The notes below the pieces were generated by a model. The model did no database searches and was not told the DNA's origin. It was given only the letters and a program-made list of their open reading frames with translations. A stretch of DNA of 57,403 nucleotides from Acidimicrobiia bacterium (GTDB taxonomy: Bacteria > Actinomycetota > Acidimicrobiia > Acidimicrobiales > JANYDT01), in contig JANYDT010000056.1 of the NCBI GenBank assembly GCA_025359845.1, positions 1 through 57,403 of the forward strand. The letters are read 5' to 3'. The translations under genes and the position numbers were made by a program. Of the stretch, positions 53,557 to 57,403 are shown in pieces. Each line of letters begins with the position of its first letter. Position 1 is the first letter of the stretch.

Positions 53557-53633
53557 TGGTCGGGAAGGCGGGATTTGAACCCGCGGCCTCCACGTCCCGA
53601 ACGTGGCGCGCTGCCAAGCTGCGCTACTTCCCG
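53557..53633 (-). tRNA. tRNA-Pro(CGG)
   Basis: CGGGAAGTAGCGCAGCTTGGCAGCGCG-CCACG-TTCGGGA-CGTGG-AGGCC-GCGGGTTCAAATCCCGC-CTTCCCG-ACCA; 77 nt with encoded CCA. Confidence 0.97.
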
Positions 53634-53663
53634 TAGGAGCTTGCGCCCCAGCATATTCCAACC

Positions 53664-54104
53664 TTAGCGCGCGGTGGAGTCGGGCGTGGCCCGATAATTC
53701 AGATCGGCGTCGCCCGGCTGCTCGCGATCCACGTACTCCCCGCCGCTCAGCAGCGCATCGACGGCCTTACGGACCCTGAGCGGATCGAGGGGTTTGACCA
53801 TGAAACCCTCTGCTTTTGACTGGCGAGCCAGGTAGACATCGGCTTGGCGGTCGAGCAGCAGCAAGACCGGGACGTGGGGCAGCCGGCCCCCGGACTCTTC
53901 GTTGTGCAATTCGAGGCACGTGGCCACTGCGCCCATATTGCCAATCTGGAAGTCGAGCACGACCAGGTCAGGGGTCTGCTCCTGAACCGCGGCGGCTACC
54001 GCCCGGCCGGCCACGAGACTGCGTACCGAAGTCGTGCCCGGGAGAGCCGACCGAATTTCTTCATGCACCCACGGTGCGTCGCTTGCGATCAGTACGTGGG
54101 CCAC
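53664..54104 (-). CDS. Single-domain response regulator (receiver)
   Basis: VLIASD, PDLVVLDFQIGNMG, VPVLLL, FMVKPLDP. Confidence 0.85.
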   Translation of the reverse strand: MAHVLIASDAPWVHEEIRSALPGTTSVRSLVAGRAVAAAVQEQTPDLVVLDFQIGNMGAVATCLELHNEESGGRLPHVPVLLLLDRQADVYLARQSKAEGFMVKPLDPLRVRKAVDALLSGGEYVDREQPGDADLNYRATPDSTAR

Positions 54105-55161
54105 GACCCGCAACGTTAGGCGCGACAGTCAGCTGAGCCGCCATCCACACCAGTGCGTCGAAGTCGTGCAAGTCGGTACCGCGATCAGTCACTGCCGTTA
54201 TTGGGCCGAGCGCGTTGAGGGCGGCCCGCTGAAGTGCCGCCTCGGCGTTGAGCCGCCGAGCGTTCTCAACGAACGGGGCCACGTCGGCTGCGACCATTCC
54301 CCCCGGCAAGGGCTCGAAAGTCGGGGTTATCCGATTGGCAATAACGGCGCTCACCGAGATGCCCGAATCGGCGAGCCGATCAGCGAAGAAACGGGCTTCG
54401 GTGATGGCCTCCTGGCGGGCCGAAGTGACAAGCACCCAGGCGGTTTTGGGGGCGTGGAGAAGTTCCAGGACGTCCTGACTGCGGGCGCGGAACCCGGCCT
54501 CCATCCCTTCGAACGCGTGGAAAAACTCGATGGCATCGGCAATCACATCGCCGCCCACCACCTTGCCGACGCTACGCAGGAGCGTCTGGGTCGCGGCATT
54601 GACCAGGCGGAGTTTGCTTGGGGCCATGAAGAGGCGAAACAGGCGGTTGTCGAGCAGGCGCACGAGCCGGCGCGGCGCGGTGAGCATGTCGAGCGCGTTG
54701 CGGGTTGGAGGCGTGTCGACGATCACCAAGTCGAACCGCGGATCGTTGGTCAGCTCAAACAAACGCTCTGTCGCCATATACTCCTGAGTGCCCCCGAGCC
54801 CGCCGGAAATGTTGCGATAGAACCGGTTGGCCAGGATGCGATCGGCCTGGGCTTCGGAATGGGCATATCGCCGCACACTGTCGTCGAAGGTCTCACGAGC
54901 GTCCAGCATGCACGCCCAGAGTTCACCGCCCTCGGTTCCCACGAGGTTGTCGACCGGCACCGGATGCGGCTCGTTCTGGAGCGTGTCGAGCCCCAGAGCA
55001 TCGGCCAGCCGACGAGCCGGATCGATTGTGACCAAGGCCACCCGACGCCCTTCTCGAGCGCCGATCACGCCCAACGCCGCCGCCACCGTGGTTTTACCGA
55101 CCCCTCCTGTGCCGCAGCAGACCACAACGTCTGACTTCCGGAGTACGGGTACCAAAGTCAT
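54061..55161 (-). CDS. ArsA/Get3-like P-loop ATPase
   Basis: CCGTGGVGKTT, TIDPARRLADALGL, QEYMA.E.L, DLVIVDTPP. Confidence 0.9.
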   Translation of the reverse strand: MTLVPVLRKSDVVVCCGTGGVGKTTVAAALGVIGAREGRRVALVTIDPARRLADALGLDTLQNEPHPVPVDNLVGTEGGELWACMLDARETFDDSVRRYAHSEAQADRILANRFYRNISGGLGGTQEYMATERLFELTNDPRFDLVIVDTPPTRNALDMLTAPRRLVRLLDNRLFRLFMAPSKLRLVNAATQTLLRSVGKVVGGDVIADAIEFFHAFEGMEAGFRARSQDVLELLHAPKTAWVLVTSARQEAITEARFFADRLADSGISVSAVIANRITPTFEPLPGGMVAADVAPFVENARRLNAEAALQRAALNALGPITAVTDRGTDLHDFDALVWMAAQLTVAPNVAGRGPRTDRKRRTVGA

Positions 55162-56024
55162 GACAGACACTCGATCAACCCACCGAGCGTGAATACCGGA
55201 AGCGCCGGCAACCCGACGACCAGGTACTCCGACAACCTCGCGATCTGTAGGCGTTGCGCCCGCACCCGACCGAGCGTGAAGTTGGTGGCGGCCGTCAACG
55301 CCGCCCACTGGTTTCGGTCGAGGTCGGCCTCGGGGAGACTCAGTGCTTCGAGTTCCGCGCCTTGGGCAATCTGGTTCACGAACACCCCGGCCACGCGCAC
55401 ACCGACCTGGTCACGCAGGGCGATTGCGGTTTCGAGGGTCTCATTCACCGGCGTCTCCTCGGGCAGTGAGACCAATGCCACACAACAGAGGACGGGATCG
55501 TGCAGGAGCGTCAGCACGTCCTCGGCTTGGACCCTTACCGGGCCCCCGCGCACGGCATCGAGGAGACCTTGAGGCGATCGCAGCAACGAGACGCCGTGTC
55601 CCGACGCGGGGCTGTCGACAATCACCAGATCACTATCGCCCGCGAGGGCGAGCTGTTTGACTTTGCCCAGGACGAGCAGGTCGCGCAGGCCCGGCGCGCC
55701 GCTGGCAATCACTTCGAGGGCGCCGCTCTCGGCCAATCGTTTCGAGAATCGTTGGAGGCCGTGATCGTTCAGGTACTCGACGAGCGCCCGATCGGCCGCG
55801 ATCGATCGGGCCGTGAGGCCATCGGCCAGGGTGATGGGTTCAAAGCCCAACGGCTCGTCATGACCGAACATGGCGCCCAGCCCCGGGCGTCCCTCGATGT
55901 CGACCAGAGCGACCCTTCGACCTTGGCGTCGGGCCCACTCGGCCAAAACTGCGGCTACCGTAGTCTTGCCGACTCCGCCCTTTCCAGCGACGATGAGCAG
56001 TCGGGTGTCCCCCAAATCGATCAT
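55158..56024 (-). CDS. ArsA-related P-loop ATPase (first of the tandem pair)
   Basis: AGKGGVGKTTVA, APGLRDLLVLGKVKQL, DSPASGH, LPEETPVNET; GGAGG before ATG; ATGA overlap with the next gene. Confidence 0.9.
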   Translation of the reverse strand: MIDLGDTRLLIVAGKGGVGKTTVAAVLAEWARRQGRRVALVDIEGRPGLGAMFGHDEPLGFEPITLADGLTARSIAADRALVEYLNDHGLQRFSKRLAESGALEVIASGAPGLRDLLVLGKVKQLALAGDSDLVIVDSPASGHGVSLLRSPQGLLDAVRGGPVRVQAEDVLTLLHDPVLCCVALVSLPEETPVNETLETAIALRDQVGVRVAGVFVNQIAQGAELEALSLPEADLDRNQWAALTAATNFTLGRVRAQRLQIARLSEYLVVGLPALPVFTLGGLIECLS

Positions 56025-57285
56025 GCGCCCTCGCCTCCGCACATTACTCACCCTTCTCCTCCTAGGCGCCACCATTCTCGGCCTTGGCGCCGGATCACGC
56101 GCCCGCGCCGATCAACGACCGGCGAAGTTCGTCGACGTGATTCAGGTCCGTGGCTACATCGATCCGGTCACCGTTTCGTTCATCCGTCGGTCGATCGAGG
56201 CCTCGGTGCGTGACAAGGCCGAAGCCATCGTGATCCAACTCGACTCGTCGGGGGCGCTGCTCTCGCAAACCGCCCTCGACACTCTCGAATTCCGGCTTAA
56301 ACACGAAACGCGGGTCCCGGTGATCGTCTGGGTCGGCGAAGCCGGGGCTCGGGCTACTCACGGTGCGGTGCGGTTGGTGCGCGCCGCGCAGCTGGTCGGC
56401 GTCGCGCCCGGTACCCACATCGGCCAGTCGACGCCGGCCATCGCCGGCACCGATCCACTCCAGTTCAAGACCATCAACGCGAAACAGGCACTCGCCGACG
56501 GGACCGCGCAGCTCAACTCTCCCATTTTGGGCCTCCTCGTGGCCGAACTCGACGGCCGCACGGTCAACGGAAAGGTGCTCCATACGGCCAAGGCCGTGGT
56601 CACTAACGGCAAGCCGAGCCTTTCTCCCTACGGCGTGCGTTTCGCGAGGCTCACGACTTTCGACCAGCTCCTGCACACTGTCACGAACCCCACGGTCGCC
56701 TACCTCCTTCTGACGATTGCCTTGGCCCTGTTCATCTTCGAATTTTATACGGGGGGAATCGGCGTTGCCGCGGCGGTGGGGTTGGGATCATTCGTCTTCG
56801 CCGCTTACGGACTTGGCCTCCTGCCTACTAGGGGCTGGGCGATCGCGTTGATAGCGCTGGCCGGATTTGGTTTCGCCGTCGATGTGCAAGCCGGAGTACC
56901 TCGATTTTGGACGGCGGTGGCAACTGCTGCATTCGTCGGGGGATCGCTGACGCTCTACCACGGTGATGTGCGCGTCCCTCTGTATTGGATCGCCGCGATG
57001 TCGATCATGTTGGTGCTGTTCATGGTGAACGGCATGCCGTCGATGGTGCGGACCCGCTTCGCCACACCGACAGTCGGCCGAGAGTCGATGATCGGTGCGA
57101 TCGGCACCGCTCGCGACGCGGTTGGCCCTGAAGGCGTCGTGATGGTCGGCGACGCCCCGTGGCGGGCCCGAACGAATCGAGCCACGCCGATCCCCGCCGG
57201 CGACCCGATCAAAGTCGTCGCCATCGATGGACTGCTGCTCGAGGTCGAACCACTAGAGGGCGCGGCCAAAGACGCCGGGCACTAG
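56023..57285 (+). CDS. nfeD: NfeD-family membrane protein (ClpP-like N domain, TM region, C-terminal OB fold)
   Basis: Signal peptide; V.G.IDP..FI.RSI..AIVIQLDS.G; NPTVAYLLL; G.E.MIG..G.A...VGPEG.V.V...W.AR; V.V....GL.LEVEP. Confidence 0.85.
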   Translation: MRPRLRTLLTLLLLGATILGLGAGSRARADQRPAKFVDVIQVRGYIDPVTVSFIRRSIEASVRDKAEAIVIQLDSSGALLSQTALDTLEFRLKHETRVPVIVWVGEAGARATHGAVRLVRAAQLVGVAPGTHIGQSTPAIAGTDPLQFKTINAKQALADGTAQLNSPILGLLVAELDGRTVNGKVLHTAKAVVTNGKPSLSPYGVRFARLTTFDQLLHTVTNPTVAYLLLTIALALFIFEFYTGGIGVAAAVGLGSFVFAAYGLGLLPTRGWAIALIALAGFGFAVDVQAGVPRFWTAVATAAFVGGSLTLYHGDVRVPLYWIAAMSIMLVLFMVNGMPSMVRTRFATPTVGRESMIGAIGTARDAVGPEGVVMVGDAPWRARTNRATPIPAGDPIKVVAIDGLLLEVEPLEGAAKDAGH

Positions 57286-57403
57286 TGCACCGTCGTGTAA
57301 GTAACGCGCGCGTCGCAGGTCATGCTATTTCATGCTACCAGAGGGTCGGCGGCGTAAGTCCATTTGAACGGACCGGCCGTCGCGTCATAGTCGATGACGA
57401 ACT
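57283..57403 (-). mobile_element. 3' end of a second IS630-family copy, inverted relative to the left copy and inserted at the TA of the nfeD stop codon
   Basis: Reverse complement of 20-140 with 2 mismatches; transposase stop at 57330-57332; junction cTAg at 57282-57285. Confidence 0.8.

Noticed and set aside
53557-53633. tRNA-Pro as an island attachment site
   Set aside because: No integrase nearby, and I saw no duplicate of the tRNA 3' end in the window.
54034-55134. 366-aa + strand ORF and the many other long overlapping ORFs in the track
   Set aside because: These are antisense or alternate-frame shadows typical of high-GC DNA, with Arg/Pro/Gly-rich translations and no motifs.

Overview
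High-GC bacterial chromosomal segment, most likely Actinomycetota and probably Acidimicrobiia. This is inferred from the gene repertoire: F420-type LLM enzyme, monocistronic groEL with CIRCE boxes, tandem ArsA-like ATPases and actinobacterial-type proS. Both ends of the window are the 3' end of the same IS630-family element in inverted orientation, so this is probably a contig broken at IS copies. The left 26 kb is accessory and holds: a broken TIR-TM-extracellular gene; an HD-hydrolase/cNMP-binding/nucleotide-transporter-HEAT operon; a large secreted C25/caspase-fold protease-like protein with 17 FSPSx pentapeptide repeats; a STAND-type double cyclase-ATPase-TPR gene; an esterase + Baeyer-Villiger monooxygenase pair; and a co-oriented five-gene cassette. 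That cassette (RNAP-like multi-HTH protein, hypothetical protein, dead + active DUF2791/BrxD-like ATPases, XPB-like SF2 helicase) looks like a BREX-related, methylase-free candidate defence system and is the best candidate for an undescribed system. The 26-51 kb region is a catabolic/transport region (fused branched-chain ABC transporters, amidohydrolases, amidase, CocE, TesB) with many pseudogenes, interrupted by proS. The right end is core genome: groEL, tRNA-Pro, response regulator, ArsA pair, nfeD. Two small TA-flanked MITE-like elements were also found. All family assignments come from motif recognition by eye, with no database searches.
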